Source: Podarcis liolepis
Taxonomy: Eukaryota
Strand: one strand, 5' to 3'
Assembly: GCA_965112155.1 (NCBI GenBank)
Contig: OZ218114.1
DNA length: 64,000 nt
This document shows positions 1 to 12,579 of the stretch, piece by piece. The notes under the pieces were generated by a model that was not told the origin of the DNA, ran no database searches, and was given only the letters and a program-made list of their open reading frames with translations. The translations under genes and the position numbers were made by a program. Position 1 is the stretch's first letter. Every line of letters begins with the position of its first letter.

Positions 1-69
1 GTTTATTCTATGCGCAGTCACCTGCTTTCTACTACCATCCTGACTCCTAATACGTGGCAAACAATTTAG

Positions 70-207
70 ACCTGTATCCTTTCCAGACTTGGGCAGGCTA
101 CCAAATATGCAGCATACCGCTAGGAGTGTCCACAGCAGGAACTTTCATTTTGCATGGTGTCTGACTCCATTGGCCACTGTCAAAGCCAACACAGAATTCA
201 TCCATGC
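70..207 (-). ncRNA. SNORA15: H/ACA snoRNA, SNORA15 (ACA15)-like, in CCT6A intron 5
   Basis: Minus strand reads GCATGGATGAATTCTGTG...TCAGACACCATGC-AAAATGA (H box)...GATACA-GGT (ACA box + 3 nt). The 5' hairpin matches recalled human ACA15 (GCATGG..GAATACTGTG..CCAGACACCATGCAAAA). CCT6A is the known host gene. Confidence 0.8.
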
Positions 208-481
208 CCTTAAGCTTACGCCAGTTTGACTCTCACAGCTCAGAACCTCTAACTGAGACCATTTGGAGAATGGCATCCATTGCACAGACAAAGAGGAGGC
301 TGCTAGCCACGGCATAAATGCCTTCTGTCTCTTTGCCACATGGAAAGAGTTAAGCACGTTGCCATCTCCTCAGCAGCAGAAAATGCAACACAGTGGCAGC
401 TGTGTGATTTCCAGTAGGAAGGCAGTGGAAGAAGAAATGTAAAGAACGATTTAAAGAACAGACCCCTTCCATTGTACCTAC

Positions 482-585
482 GCTGTGTCTGTTTCAGATT
501 TGTGCTTCATCTCCATTATCTCCACCATGTACAGGTCTATTGGTTCTTCTGGTTTTCTGATGGCCAAAATGGCATCTACGACAGC
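482..585 (-). CDS. CCT6A: T-complex protein 1 subunit zeta, exon 5 (gene continues beyond the left edge)
   Basis: [34 protein letters not shown]; acceptor CAG, donor GTAGGT; 104 nt. Confidence 0.95.
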
Positions 586-929
586 CTGGAAAGAGAAAAA
601 GCAGCCCCCATCAAAGGCCACTCCAAGATCTAGCAAGCCTCTCCCCAAATATCTACCCTCTGCTGATGCAGTGGGAGCTGGCAGCCATAAGACTAGGAGG
701 AAGGCCAGAACACCAATGGTAGGTGGAGCCAGAGGCAAAGCCACCTCCTGATTGGTTGCAGGTAAGAAGGCCAGCAGGTGTGGCCAGGCTGAGTAGAGGC
801 TGGTGGGGCAACCCCCCCCCCTCACCCTAAAGGACCAGCCTCCACTGCTGCTCTCCTTCTAATCAAAACATGAAAGCTCACCTCTTTTTCTCCTGAAGCG
901 GAAAACTAAGAGGGCTCTTGAATGCTCAC

Positions 930-1103
930 CTCTGTAAGGATATCGGCAAGCTCAGCATGGACCTTCGTGCGGAGGGAGGTCCGGGCCACGTCCAGGAGAG
1001 TCTCCCGGTCCATTTCCTTGACCACTTTGACTTGCTCCAAGACCTGGAGGGCTTTTTCCTTGGCAGCTTCAAACCCTTCCGTGACTATTCGAGGGTGCAA
1101 ACC
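930..1103 (-). CDS. CCT6A: CCT6A exon 4
   Basis: [19 protein letters not shown]...[10 protein letters not shown]; TAG acceptor, GTGAG donor; 174 nt. Confidence 0.96.
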
Positions 1104-1496
1104 CTAACATCAAAGCAAGCAATTAAAAAAATTCTGCGCACTTCCACCACCCTCTTAATATTTTCAGTCATGCGCTATTGGGCAAAGTGGGGGGGGGGCA
1201 TCAACCATACTGGAATCTCACAATGTAACAGATCCACAAGATCATTTAAAAACGGATTGAATGGAGTAGGGACAAGAACATACATCCTTTCCTAACTCCC
1301 CAGGTAATGAGTATATCCTTATAAGCCTTAATACGGCAAAGAAGCCTTCCACAAGAGCACCATCCAATTTCTGCCATAACTTGACCCTGGAGATCAGAAT
1401 CAAAACCTGCCTTTAAATCTGTGAAGGCAATAAAAAGTTTCCCCTGCAAGAATCTTGTCAATTTTTCATCAAGGAATAAGTCTGCTCCCAAGGATC

Positions 1497-1628
1497 AACT
1501 GTCCTGTCCTTTTGAATACATTTGAAAGGAAATATGTTCCTTGCAATGCAGAGGGTAAAGCACAGGTTACTCTAGCACAGAGTTATGCCAAGGGAACTAC
1601 AGAGCTCACTTGGGTGTTCACCGTGCAA
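1497..1628 (-). ncRNA. SNORA22: H/ACA snoRNA SNORA22 (ACA22) in CCT6A intron 3
   Basis: Minus strand TTGCACGGTGAACACCCAAGTG...TAGTTCCCTTGGC...CTGTGCT-AGAGTA (H box)...CTCTGCATT...AAATGTATTCA...ACA-GTT; closely matches recalled human SNORA22. Confidence 0.9.
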
Positions 1629-2050
1629 TGGGATTTGAAGGCTCCATAAATTTTCACACAGACAACTGTTGATTACACCACAAAGAAGCAGATGTATGAA
1701 GAAAGCAGCCTCCCCCAAACTGCTGCCCTTCAGCTGTTTCGGACTACAACTCCCATCGGCCCCTGGTCTAAAGAAACATAGAAGTCCAGCTCTGCGGTAA
1801 AGATGCCAGACAGATGAGCTCCACCCCTTCCAAAAATATATATTCTAGTGTCAGAGACTACAGCAGAAATTCCTCCTGTATCATCCATTTCATCTTTATC
1901 CAAAGGCTTGTGCCAGCATCACTAAAACGATGAAACCTCACAAGTGAATTTATTTAATCTGAAAATAAAGAGTAGCCCAGCACCTAAGAAAAACCCAAAA
2001 CAAAACAAACAGCATAGGGCAAATGAAAAAGTAAGAAAGCTGCCACACAC

Positions 2051-2185
2051 CTCTGAAATGTAGAGATCTGCCTGCTTGAGCAATTCCCCAATGATGAGAA
2101 CATTGGAAGTGGTCCCGTCGCCAGTGATGTCATCCTGCGCTGTTGCTACTTTGGCAATCAAGGAGGCCGTCGGGTGCTGGATTTG
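2051..2185 (-). CDS. CCT6A: CCT6A exon 3
   Basis: [45 protein letters not shown], including the chaperonin GDGTT ATP motif; 135 nt. Confidence 0.97.
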
Positions 2186-2878
2186 CTGCGAGATACAAGG
2201 GGAACAATAACCAAAAGAGTTATCCCTCATCAGTGTGCTTTCCCATCAGCCCAACACTGAGCCTTGCATATATATTTTCAGCATCTCATGCCATGATCCG
2301 AACCAGAGAAGGAACCGGGCTTTGATGGTGAACAGTCACTTCAAAACTGCATGTTAATTTTCATATATTCTGAGGTAAACAAAGATATATCCCAATGCAA
2401 CCATGTTAAACAGTTGAAAATGAATGAAAGCTATGTTCCAAAGAATAAAAAAAGACACACCCTAAGAGTGATCCTTCAAGAAGATCTGCCCTTCCCTAAT
2501 CTGGAGGAGCCTTCCAGTTATTGTTGGGATCCCCATCATCATCCCCAAATGTTGACTGTGGTGGCTGATGGGAGGCAGAGCTCAGCAGCAACTGAAAGGC
2601 TGGACTAGACATCTGGGGTTGTACCCAACTAAAGTCATATGCAATTAAGTTACTGATATCAATGGATCTAAGATTATCAATTTAAATGGGTGCACTCTGA
2701 GGACTTAGTTGGATACACCTCATGGTTTTAAGGTTGCCTATAATCTTCCAAGTTATGAACCTCTGATGGGCAGTTATGTTCAACCTGCTGCCAATTCTTC
2801 ATGCCTACAGTTACCACCACAAACCTCCAGATTATGCCAATGGCATCTTAGTGGACTCCAGGGGAGAGAAGAACTCAC

Positions 2879-2942
2879 CATCTCGTGAAGCAAGACGTTG
2901 CCATCTTTGGTAAGTTTGATATCTCCAGCACCAGACACAAGC
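2879..2942 (-). CDS. CCT6A: CCT6A exon 2
   Basis: LVSGAGDIKLTKDGNVLLHEM; CAG acceptor, GTGAGT donor; 64 nt. Confidence 0.96.
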
Positions 2943-3863
2943 CTGTGTGGGGACAGAGCACAGCCATCAACCCTCTGGTCCCAGCCTCCTCTTGCTGAGG
3001 ACAGGAGGTGATTATAGCAGTCATCCCTGCTGCAGCCAGCATATGCAAAATGACTCATTTTTTAGGTAAAGGGATCATGCCACAACCGGATACTAGTCCT
3101 TCTTTTGGGAAGGATGAGGAGCAATGTTGGAGCTGCTTCTAAGCACCTCTGCCTATCCACTTGTGAAAGGCCAGGTGGGTCCTTGTAGCTGCGTACAAGA
3201 TGAACCCTGCTGGTTCAGACCAAAGGCCTATCTAGGACCAGCATTCTGTTCAAACCATGGCTAACCAAATGCCTCTGGCAAGCCTGAAAGCAGGATATGA
3301 ATACAAACAGCCTCTCCCACTCATGATGCCCTAGCAATTGGTATTCAGAGGCATAGTACACCAATACTGGAGGTAATATGCAACCACGGACAGGCTTATC
3401 CTCTATTTTGGGAAAGGCTAGCCAAAAATTGCTGCCCTCCACTCAGTACATAAGAAGCTGTCTTATACCAAGTCAGGACATTTCTCCATTTAGCTCAATT
3501 GCTGACGCTTACTGACAGCACCTCTCCAGTTTCAGACGGGGATCTGCTCCCCCCTGCCCCACCCAAGATCCATCAACCAGACCCTGCTGCAAAATACATA
3601 CATTTAGAATTAAGTAACTAGAAGACTAAGATTTTATTTGGAAGCCAAAACTGAACTCAGACCTTTTATACAAAAACCCACTCCAGGACACCCCCATCCA
3701 GTATAATTTAGGCACAAGGGGGTGGGTAGTTTATTGCCTATTGTTAGAATTTGGAGTCAGAAATGTGTTTGTCTACTGCAAGCTGCCCAGGCAGCTAGCA
3801 GTAAGTATACTGCAAGTTGCTCAGAGATAAACTTTATGCCCACTCCTGTTTTGTGTGTGTGTG

Positions 3864-3865
<2 letters not shown>

Positions 3866-3903
<38 letters not shown>
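3866..3903. repeat. (CA)n microsatellite
   Basis: Direct read. Confidence 0.9.
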
Positions 3904-3905
<2 letters not shown>

Positions 3906-4606
3906 TGAAAACAAACAGGCCCAGGTTCCTTTCCTGATTTTCTTTGCAGCTGCTTTGCCTCACCAAACAACAGATGACTCCAGTACTCTTAAGAGTTGTG
4001 CAAGAGAGGGAACTCTTGACACATTTGAATGATCATCACATATGGTCAAGTCATACTATGGATGCATCAAGCCCACTGCTGTCTCATCCAAATGGCAGCA
4101 GCTCACAAAGAATAGATTAGTAATTGTGAATGGAAGTCCAAGATGAGACAAGTCTGTGGTACCAAAACAAATTATTTGGCTGAGCACATGCTCAGATACA
4201 CCCTGCTCCTTAACTCTAGGTGTACAGCTCAGCCTGCACCATCATTTTGTTCTGGCTCTATAGCTTGAGGATCTCAATGCTAGATAGTAAAAATCTTAAG
4301 CAAATCCATCAAGCCTGAAAGCCTATCCACCGCTGCTGTGGGCAATAGAGAGCCTGGTAGGCTAATGGCCTGACTCTGCTTCACCTCATACCCCCAGGGT
4401 AGTGGCAGATGCCATAGTATTACAGTTCAACATTTCTAGGGGGGGGGGGAGATTAGGAATCAATCAATAACGATAGCATTAATGACGAGTTGGACAATGG
4501 GAACCCAGCCAGATGGGCGGGGCATAGATAATAAATTACTATATATTATTGCTCATTTTTCCTCCAGAGCAGACCCACTAAAATTAATGGCCTACACTAG
4601 TTGTGC

Positions 4607-4607
<1 letters not shown>

Positions 4608-4667
<60 letters not shown>
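4608..4667. repeat. (ATT)n microsatellite, probably a LINE tail
   Basis: Direct read. Confidence 0.9.
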
Positions 4668-4989
4668 TATTACTCGCTCTTCACCCGAAGGTTCCTCTGG
4701 GCGGGTTACAACATTAAAGCATAGTATTTAAATCATCTTAATTCCAATGGGTCTACCATGAGCAGGGCTAACCAAATCATTGTACACATGCACACGCTGG
4801 TCTAGAGTCCCTAGCCGGCTCGGGGTTCACTGGCACGCTCTGCGCACGCGCCATTTCCGCCCTCGAGCGCCACGCGGGTGGGCTGAGATCGACGTGGCCA
4901 CGCCCATCCCGGCATCCACGTTCCTTCCCCTCCCCCCCCCCCGCGCCCACCGGCCTCCCCCATCCCCCCAATTCTTCCCCTCTCCTCAC

Positions 4990-5123
4990 ATCTTCATGGT
5001 TCCTTTAGGGCCGAGGTTGGTCCTGAGCACGTCCTGCAGGCCCCGCGCCGCGCTGATGTTGACGGCCAGAGCCGCCTGGGCCCTCGCCACCTCGGCCTTG
5101 GGGTTCAGCGCCTTCACCGCCAT
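4990..5123 (-). CDS. CCT6A: CCT6A exon 1 (start codon at 5123)
   Basis: [44 protein letters not shown](M); donor AT|GTGAG; lies in a CpG island. Confidence 0.97.
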
Positions 5124-5420
5124 GTCGGCCGCCCGCCTCGAGGAAAAGGAAAGGGAGTGATAAGAGAAAGGGGCGTCCCCGCGCATGCGCAGGCGTCGAC
5201 AGGGCGGGGGTTGTGGCGTCCTAGCCCCTTCTAGAATACTCCGCCGTTTCGGGGGCCCGCCTCTCAGCTCCCATTGGTCCGGCTTACCCGTCGCTCAGGA
5301 GGAAGCTGCCTCGGGCGCAAACGGTGGCGGCCTGGATGGCAGTTAGAGACGGTTGCTATGCAAAATCGTGGCAGGCCTCGGCCCCGGCGTTGGCAAACTA
5401 GGCCATGAATATGCATAAGC
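5124..5420. promoter_or_regulatory. CpG-island promoter of CCT6A, probably bidirectional with PSPH
   Basis: NRF1 palindrome GCGCATGCGC 5181-5190; GC box GGGCGGGG 5202-5209; HSE-like TTCTAGAATACTC 5229-5241; inverted CCAAT ~5273; X-box-like GTTGCTATGCAAA 5352-5364. Confidence 0.75.
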
Positions 5421-6711
5421 GCCTCATGCTATATTCATGATGTCTTACTCTGAGGCAAATTAAGTGTTTCCCTTTAAGGATCTAAATAATTTTATATAAA
5501 TAATTCATAGCACTAGTATTTATTTTTAACCTATGTTTAGGTTACCTAAACCTCACCTCCTCCTCACCTCCTTCAATATAGATACAGATAGATATAAAAC
5601 GCAGTACTGATATACATTTTTTTAATGAAATACACAAAAATATGTATAGCATAATGATTTAATATATAGTATCTCATGCTATGTCTATAATTAGTTGGGC
5701 ATATTAGTACATAATATGTTATATAAAGTATTTAATGTATTGGTGTAGCACGTAACACTTTTTAAATCCTACATTGATTAAATACTAGAATTACGGGTTA
5801 TATGTCTAATTTTATTTATTTGCAATTATTTGTGACCCACTCGTTCTCTGATAAGTAAAAACAACAAAATACCAAATAATTGAGAGTGGTGAAACTCAGG
5901 AGCAGTCCAAACAACTTGTGTCATTTTAGATCAAGGGTAAGTATGTATATTTTAACTTTTCCATTTGGCTTTCTTTATCAGTTAAATTTGCATCCTGATT
6001 GTTGAGCAGGGACTCCAAAGGGACTCACAACAGCATTTCTAACAGCATTATTGATTTACTTAAAATGTTTCTGCCCTTCAGTTCATTGTGAAGGTGGTAT
6101 GGAGAATGAAGAATTCAGAAGGAATTAGAAAGTGGACAAGCAGACAGTCTGAAAGAGTGTTTCAGTATGTAGAACCATGTGGCTTCTTGGGATAGAAGCA
6201 GCACAATGCAAGGATGTGAATTGGCAGACAGAAAGAAACAGAAGGGAAGGCTTTGAGAGCCGCATAGGACAGAACTGAGCCCTAGGATTACAATACTGAC
6301 CATTGAGGAAATCCACAAGATACATGCCCTCAGGGAATCTGTTTTTCCCGGCCAACGCACCAAGAAATGTAGCCTTATGAGGCTTTGCCCTCGGGTGGGA
6401 AAAATATTGCGCCTGGGAAAGGGAAGTGGGAGTCAACGGACACTCAAGGAATAGTTTCGGAGAAAAGGCTTTTATTTCTACCATCCATGAACTGGTAGAA
6501 GGAGCAAGTGTGATAAGTCACAAAAAGCATGCACGAAGTTCACGATCATGTGCACAAGCATATATATCCCTTCCATGCGGCAGCAGAGTTAAACTATGGA
6601 AGTCACTCCAACAGGAGGTGGTGATGGCCACCAGCTGAGATGGCTTTAAAAGAGGACTGGACAAATTCATGGAGGAAAGAGCTACCAATGGCTACTAGCC
6701 ACAATGGCAGA

Positions 6712-7034
6712 TCCTCCCAAATGTCCTTATTTTCTAGGGATGTCACTGATTTAGAGAAACTGTCCCGGTTTCTGATTTGATCCCGGAATGTCCCACTTTT
6801 CCTTAGGATGCCCCTATTTGTTGGAAGGTATGGAGTTGTCTGACCCCCAAGCCGTCTGAAGGCAATCCTGTACTGCATAGGGAAGGTTTTTTAAAGGTTT
6901 AATGTTTTATTATGTTTTTATATATGTTGGAAGTGGCTGGGGCAACCCGGTAAGATGTGTGGGGTATAAATAGTAAAATTATCATTATGGAATGGGACAT
7001 CCCTATTTTAATCGGAGAAAAGTTGGAGGGTATG
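6712..7034. mobile_element. Non-autonomous DNA transposon (MITE-like) inserted in a CR1 3' fragment
   Basis: Imperfect inverted ends (ATCCTCCCAA / GTTGGAGGGTAT); CR1-type sequence flanks it. Confidence 0.45.
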
Positions 7035-7359
7035 CAGTGGTTCTTCTCTGCCTCCACTGTTGGAGGGATCAATGCTTCTGAATACCAGTTTCTGGAAACC
7101 ACAGGATGGGAGAGGGCTTGTGCTGAGGTCCTGCTTGCAGGTTTCCCACAAGCATCTGGTTGGCCACTGTGCGAACAGGATGTTGGACTAGATGGGCCCT
7201 CTGTGGCCTGATCCAGCTGCATGCTTTACCCCCAAAGAATTCTGGGAACTATAGTCTGTTAAGGGTGCTGGGAATAGTAGCTCTCCAATTGATAAATTTC
7301 AGGATTCTTTGGGAGGAAGTTGATTGCTTTAAATGTAGGGTGTGGATGTGGCTTTAATA

Positions 7360-7601
7360 CAGTGGTACCTCAGGTTACATACGCTTCGGGTTACATACGC
7401 TTTAGGTTACAGACTTCGCTAACCCAGAAATAGTACCTCGGGTTAAGTACTTTGCTTCAGGATGAGAACAGGAATCATGCTCCGGCGGCGCAGTAGCAGC
7501 AGGAGGCCCCATTAGCTAAAGTGGTGCTTCAGGTTAAGAACAGTTTCAGGTTAAGAACAGACCTCCGGAACGAATTAAGTACTTAACCCAAGGTACCACT
7601 G
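7360..7601. mobile_element. Tc1/mariner (Tigger-like) MITE, 242 bp
   Basis: TIR CAGTGGTACCT...AGGTACCACTG with TA TSD; reverse-oriented copy at 58426-58667. Confidence 0.85.
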
Positions 7602-8556
7602 TAGTCCCATTTTGGCACCAGTCCTGTCAGCTCTCACCATCTGAAGTCACTAGCAGAGGGTGTGATGTTTTAGAGATGTTTTTCACAGCAGATATTAATA
7701 TTTAATATCTCATAAAGTAATATTCAACTTTTCTATAGCAGGTGTCAGTGTACATATTTTTAGCAATTTCCCGTATACTTTCAGCTTAGAATTCCATTGT
7801 GGTCCCTTCATGGTGTGATGTGCTTCAAGAAAAGAGGAAACAGGTACCAAAATCTCTCTTTCTAACTTTTCAGTAAGTTACATTGGTTACATTTTTATAG
7901 ACATTTATTTCTTCTGTTTTTTGCCTTTGTTTGTGTAAAGGCTGTGTAAAGGCTTTGTGTAAGCAACCCTGTAAAGTTAGCTACTGTTGTTATGCCCATG
8001 GATCAGGAATAGGAATCCTATGGCTCTTCAGGAACTGTTGGACCATTTTTCTTAATCATTGGTCATGTTGGCTGGAGGTGAAGGGAGTTGGTGTCTGGAA
8101 GTCCACAGGTTAGTCTCACCTGTGATAAAAGCTTTGTAAAATTAACTTAGATTCATTGCCATTCAGTTGGGCCTCATTCTGAGTCAACATGATTGCAGTT
8201 GGGATGTTTGACTAACTTAGAAGGAAGATTTTTTCCCAGGATGTGGTTGATGTTTTCCTAAACCACTTGAAGGGAAGCTCATACATCATTTTTCTTGCCC
8301 TCCCAATCTGTAAACTGCCCCCACATATTTGTCTATGATGGGCACTGGGTTTATCTGCACTGTGTGTATAGCCAACCAGTAGAGGGCAATGCAGCCATAC
8401 CCAGTCAGGAAGTTTGTGTTCATACTTGGTTTACTGCACACTTACTGCGCTTCCTGTGCTGGGTTTTTAATGTATGTTCACATGAGGTTGTCCAAAATGC
8501 AGGTTGTTATAAGATACTACTGCTTGATGCTCTTTTTCTCAAACCAGCTTCGTGAT

Positions 8557-8714
8557 TGCTGGAATAGCCCAATTGGTAGATTGAGCATGAAACTATAATC
8601 TCAGGGTCGTGGGTTCAAGCCCTACGTTGGGCAAAAGATTCCTTCATTGCAGGAGTTGGACTAGATGACCCTCACAACATTTTCTAACTCTACAATTTTA
8701 TGATTCTGTGATTC
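8557..8714 (+). mobile_element. tRNA-derived SINE with CR1-like 3' tail
   Basis: tRNA-like head with B box GGTTCAAGCCC, followed by TTGGACTAGATGACC...ATGATTCTGTGATTC. Confidence 0.65.
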
Positions 8715-9015
8715 ATACCAGTTGTAATCCATTCATCTCTCTTTGCATAGGGAAAAACATCAGTGCCCTCTAGGTTGCTAATGTGAACATTCCCTTAGTC
8801 AGACCATCATATCCCTCTCTTATAATACTAGAACTCAGTGGAGCCATTCAATGAAGCTGAACGTTGGAAGATTTAGAACAGACCAAATGAAGTCTTTATA
8901 CATGCAGCACATAGCTGAACTATGGAACGAACCCACTCTTGCAGGAGGCAGTGATGACCACCAACTTGATGGCTTTAAAGCAGGATTGGACAAATTCATG
9001 GAGGAAAGGGTTATC

Positions 9016-10325
9016 GTCTTTAGTGATCACTCATAGCCGAGTAAGATTGTCTTCCATGAACATGGTCTTAACGGCGTGTCCATAAGTGACTGTGGAGGTC
9101 AATTCTGGATCCACACCTCCTTCCACAGTGGGGGCATAGGTTTCCGGGTGGGAGTTGATCATGGAGAGGGCTTGCCAAATATGCCTTCCTCTTAGTTCGT
9201 TTCTCACTTTTGTCCTGAGTTCGAGAGTCTTCAAAATCCATGGGTAAAGGCTGTTGTCCAACTGGAGCACTCACATGCCAGTGTTTTCCAATTGTCAGTG
9301 TTTATACTACATTTGTTTAGATTTGCCTTGAGAGAGTCTTTAAACCTCTTTTATTGACCACCAACATTATGCTTTCCATTTTTAAGTTTGGAATAGAGTA
9401 GTTGCTTTGGAAGATGATAATCCGGCATCTGAACAACATGACCAGTCCAACGAAGTTGATGTTGAAGAATCATTGCTTCCACATTGGTGATCTTTGCTTC
9501 CTCACATTGGTTTGCCTGTCTTCTCAAGTGATATGTAAAAAAAATTGGAGACACTCTTGATGGAATCTTTTGAGGAGCTGGAGATGGCATTTATAAGTGG
9601 TCCACGTTTCACAAGCTTACAATAAAGTTGGTAGTACAGTAGTTTTGTAAACAAGTGTTTTGGTTTTCCTGCAAATGTCCCGGTACTCAAACACTCTGCA
9701 CTTCAGTTGGGAGAAAGCTGCACTCACAGAGTTCAGGCAGTGCTGGATTTCTGCATCAATGTTGGCCCTTGTGGAAAGATAACTGCCCAGGTAGGAAAAG
9801 TGATTGACATTTTCCAAGGTTATACCGTTAAGTTTGATTTGTGGCGCTGCAGAGGGGTTGTTTTGTGCTTGTCATTGCAGCACTGTGGTCTTTTGGATGT
9901 TGAGTGATAGGCCAAGCTTTTTGTAAGCTTCTGCAAAGATATTTAGGATGGTTTGGAGGTCATCCTCTGAGTGTGCACACACTACGTTGTCATCAGCATA
10001 TTGAAGCTCTGTGACGGAAGTTATGGTAACCTTACTCTTTGCTTTCAGCCTACTTAAGTTAAAGAGCTTTCCACCTGTTTGATATATGATATCTAGCCCG
10101 GTGGGGAGTTTCCCTTTGACAGTGTGTAGGATCATAGCAATGAAAATAATAAATAGAGTTGGGGCGATAACACATCCCTGTTTAACACCTCATCCCGCTG
10201 TGAATGGTTCAATTTGAGAGCCATTGTTATCTGTGATGGTTGCTGTCATAATATCGTGGAGGATGTTCACAAATTTATCTGGGCAGCCGAAGGACATGCC
10301 ACAGGGCATTATGATTTACAGTGGC
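9016..10325 (-). mobile_element. Degraded RTE-clade LINE 3' fragment nested in a CR1 fragment
   Basis: Broken ORFs with RT motifs ELQYADD, FSYLGS and QLRWTGHV, plus a C-terminal CPHC...HLWT zinc finger. Confidence 0.85.
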
Positions 10326-11799
10326 TATAATTGGCTACTAGCCACATTCTGGTGATAGTATGCCTCTGAATATTGCTTGCTGAGGAACACGAGTGTGCTG
10401 TTGCACTCTGGTTCTGCTTGCGGACTTCTGAGAATCTGCTTAGAGATTTTGATGATTAAGTGGTATATACGGTAAATCCTGTCTATATAAATTACCTGCT
10501 GGACCACTGTAGGAACAGGATGCTGGATTAGATTGACCTTTGGTCTGATCAAGAATCAGGGCTCTTCTTGTACAAGCATTTGATTCAAAAACTCAGTTTT
10601 CTACCTTTCTCCCCTTCTCTGGCTAATAACAGCTTTTGGGGGGCAGAGAACAATTGATATTTGTTTGGGATACGGTGTAGGGAAATGAGTTGAAAAATGA
10701 GTTGGAACTGCAGTACTTATTAAAATTCTTCCTCTCTTATGGATGCTTTTAATCATTAATAAAAGAGTGGTACGGGGGGATTGGGAGATCCAATCACAGA
10801 ATTCCTACATTACATCTAGTTTTGTCCGAAGTCCAAAACAAAGCTGAACTCTGGAATCAGTTTCAGGGCCAAACCTAAGCTCTGGAAGACTTAGCAAGCA
10901 ATAAAAGAGCTTTTCATACATGTGCAGAGTGCTCTTAGGTTCCAAGAGCTGCTTATGTAGATCAGTTATATTGCAGTCTAAAAGACACAACGCAAAAGGA
11001 AAAGCAATTGGAAGGCAGAAAGGGGAGAAAGCAACCTCAGACACTAGCTCTTAGTTATAAACTTCTCATAAGGAGCAGCTGCTGGAATGGAAATAATTCA
11101 AGGAGCCCAATGCTAATGGAGAGGCCTTGCTTCTTTGTGCTCCCTCTGCTGTGACCTGTTGAAGCGGCTGCTTCTGGGGGACAGTTGATGGAGTGAAGGT
11201 CCAATGGAGCTGGTCTTTTAGCAGAACTGATGGAGCAGGCCTGTTTTCCTCCTCTGCCGCTGCTGCAGCCAGGCAACAGCTAAGAGAAGGTGAAGCCTGA
11301 TGGAGTTGGATTCTCAGCAGAGCCAATGGCCACCTAAAACTTACAAACGGGGAACTCTTACTTACAAGTACTGTACTGATTATTGCCTTAATAACGATCT
11401 CTGTCTTATTTACGACAGAGATCTTTATTAAGGCAATTATCAGTACAGGCTCAGCAGCAGACACAGTGCTCAGGAGTCATGATCCAGGAACAGGGTGAGA
11501 TGTTCCAAACCGGAAAGAAGTAACAAAGATGTCCCAACAAGTTTCCCTGCCCCCCCCCCAAAACTTGTAAAGACAAGGTGTGGCATGCTCACTCCCTGTT
11601 CCCTGCACCACTGCACGGGGGGGGGGGGGCAGGGGACGAGCCCTTGGCCCTCCAGTGGTCACTGAACTACAGCTCCCATCAGCCCCACCAAGCATGGCCA
11701 TTGGCCAAGGATGATGGGAGTTGGAGCTCAGCAACATCTGAAGAGCCCAAAAATCCTCACACCCATATTTATCATACAGTCATCTTAGCAATGCTGAGA

Positions 11800-12040
11800 A
11801 AGTTATCTGCAATCTTAACTGTAATAGTTGTGCCGGTTTAACACACATTTAAACTCTAATTATCACTGACAGCAATCTTTGCATCTCATTTCAACTCCCA
11901 ACTTAAGATTTTCTCCATTATATACCTGCCAACTAAGATTTTGCTTCCCGCATATGGTGAAATGGGTGTGAGTCCACAAAAGCTTCATACTGTAATAAAT
12001 TGGTTAGTCTTTAAGGTGCTACAAGGCTCTTTGTTGCTTT
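11800..12040 (+). mobile_element. Old Penelope-like 3' end remnant
   Basis: ...CACAAAAGCTTCATAC...AATAAATTGGTTAGTCTTTAAGGTGCTACAAG, resembling recalled reptile PLE termini. Confidence 0.5.
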
Positions 12041-12254
12041 CACACACAAAAGTGGGCCCTTTAAGAGTGACAGTGACAACAAGAGGTCCATTGCCATGGC
12101 ATTATTAAGGTGCAATACAGCTAAATTTCCAGCCCTGTTGATTTCAGTGGGGTATGTTTAACTCTATCATGGTGAAATCAACAACATTTAGAATTCCATT
12201 AACCATGCAAGGGATCATGTCCTACATCTGATTGATGTGAGTTTTGCTCTGATA

Positions 12255-12534
12255 CAGTGGTTCCCAAAGGGGGCGGTACTGCCCCCCTGGGGAGCGTTGA
12301 GATCACTTGGGGGGCACTAAGAGGCAAGGGGGCTGCAGGGTGGCGCTGGGGGCATAAATGACTATCAGACTTTAAAAAGCTGGCATCACTGGATCCAGTT
12401 CATCAGTTTGGTTGAGTTAATTAAACTAAATGCTGTAGGTGTAATTGGATTTTGAATAAATGTGCAATTAATTGTTACAGTTTTGCATTTTACTGTGTTA
12501 TTATTTTCCTTAGTGGGTCATGTAAACCACTATT

Positions 12535-12579
<45 letters not shown>

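Noticed and set aside
2225-2400. Possible third snoRNA or hammerhead in CCT6A intron 2 (CTGATGAG and GAAA on the minus strand)
   Set aside because: Motif order and stems do not fit a hammerhead, and there is no convincing H/ACA or C/D architecture.
4482-4724. Poly-Ile ORF
   Set aside because: Translation of an (ATT)n microsatellite.
5124-5186. Upstream in-frame ATG extending CCT6A by 21 aa (MRGDAPF...)
   Set aside because: The ATG lies inside the NRF1 palindrome, probably upstream of the TSS; homology starts at MAVKALNPK.
8557-8632. tRNA-like sequence
   Set aside because: Degenerate cloverleaf fused to a CR1-type tail, so a SINE head; the same applies near 25770, 43850 and 62050.
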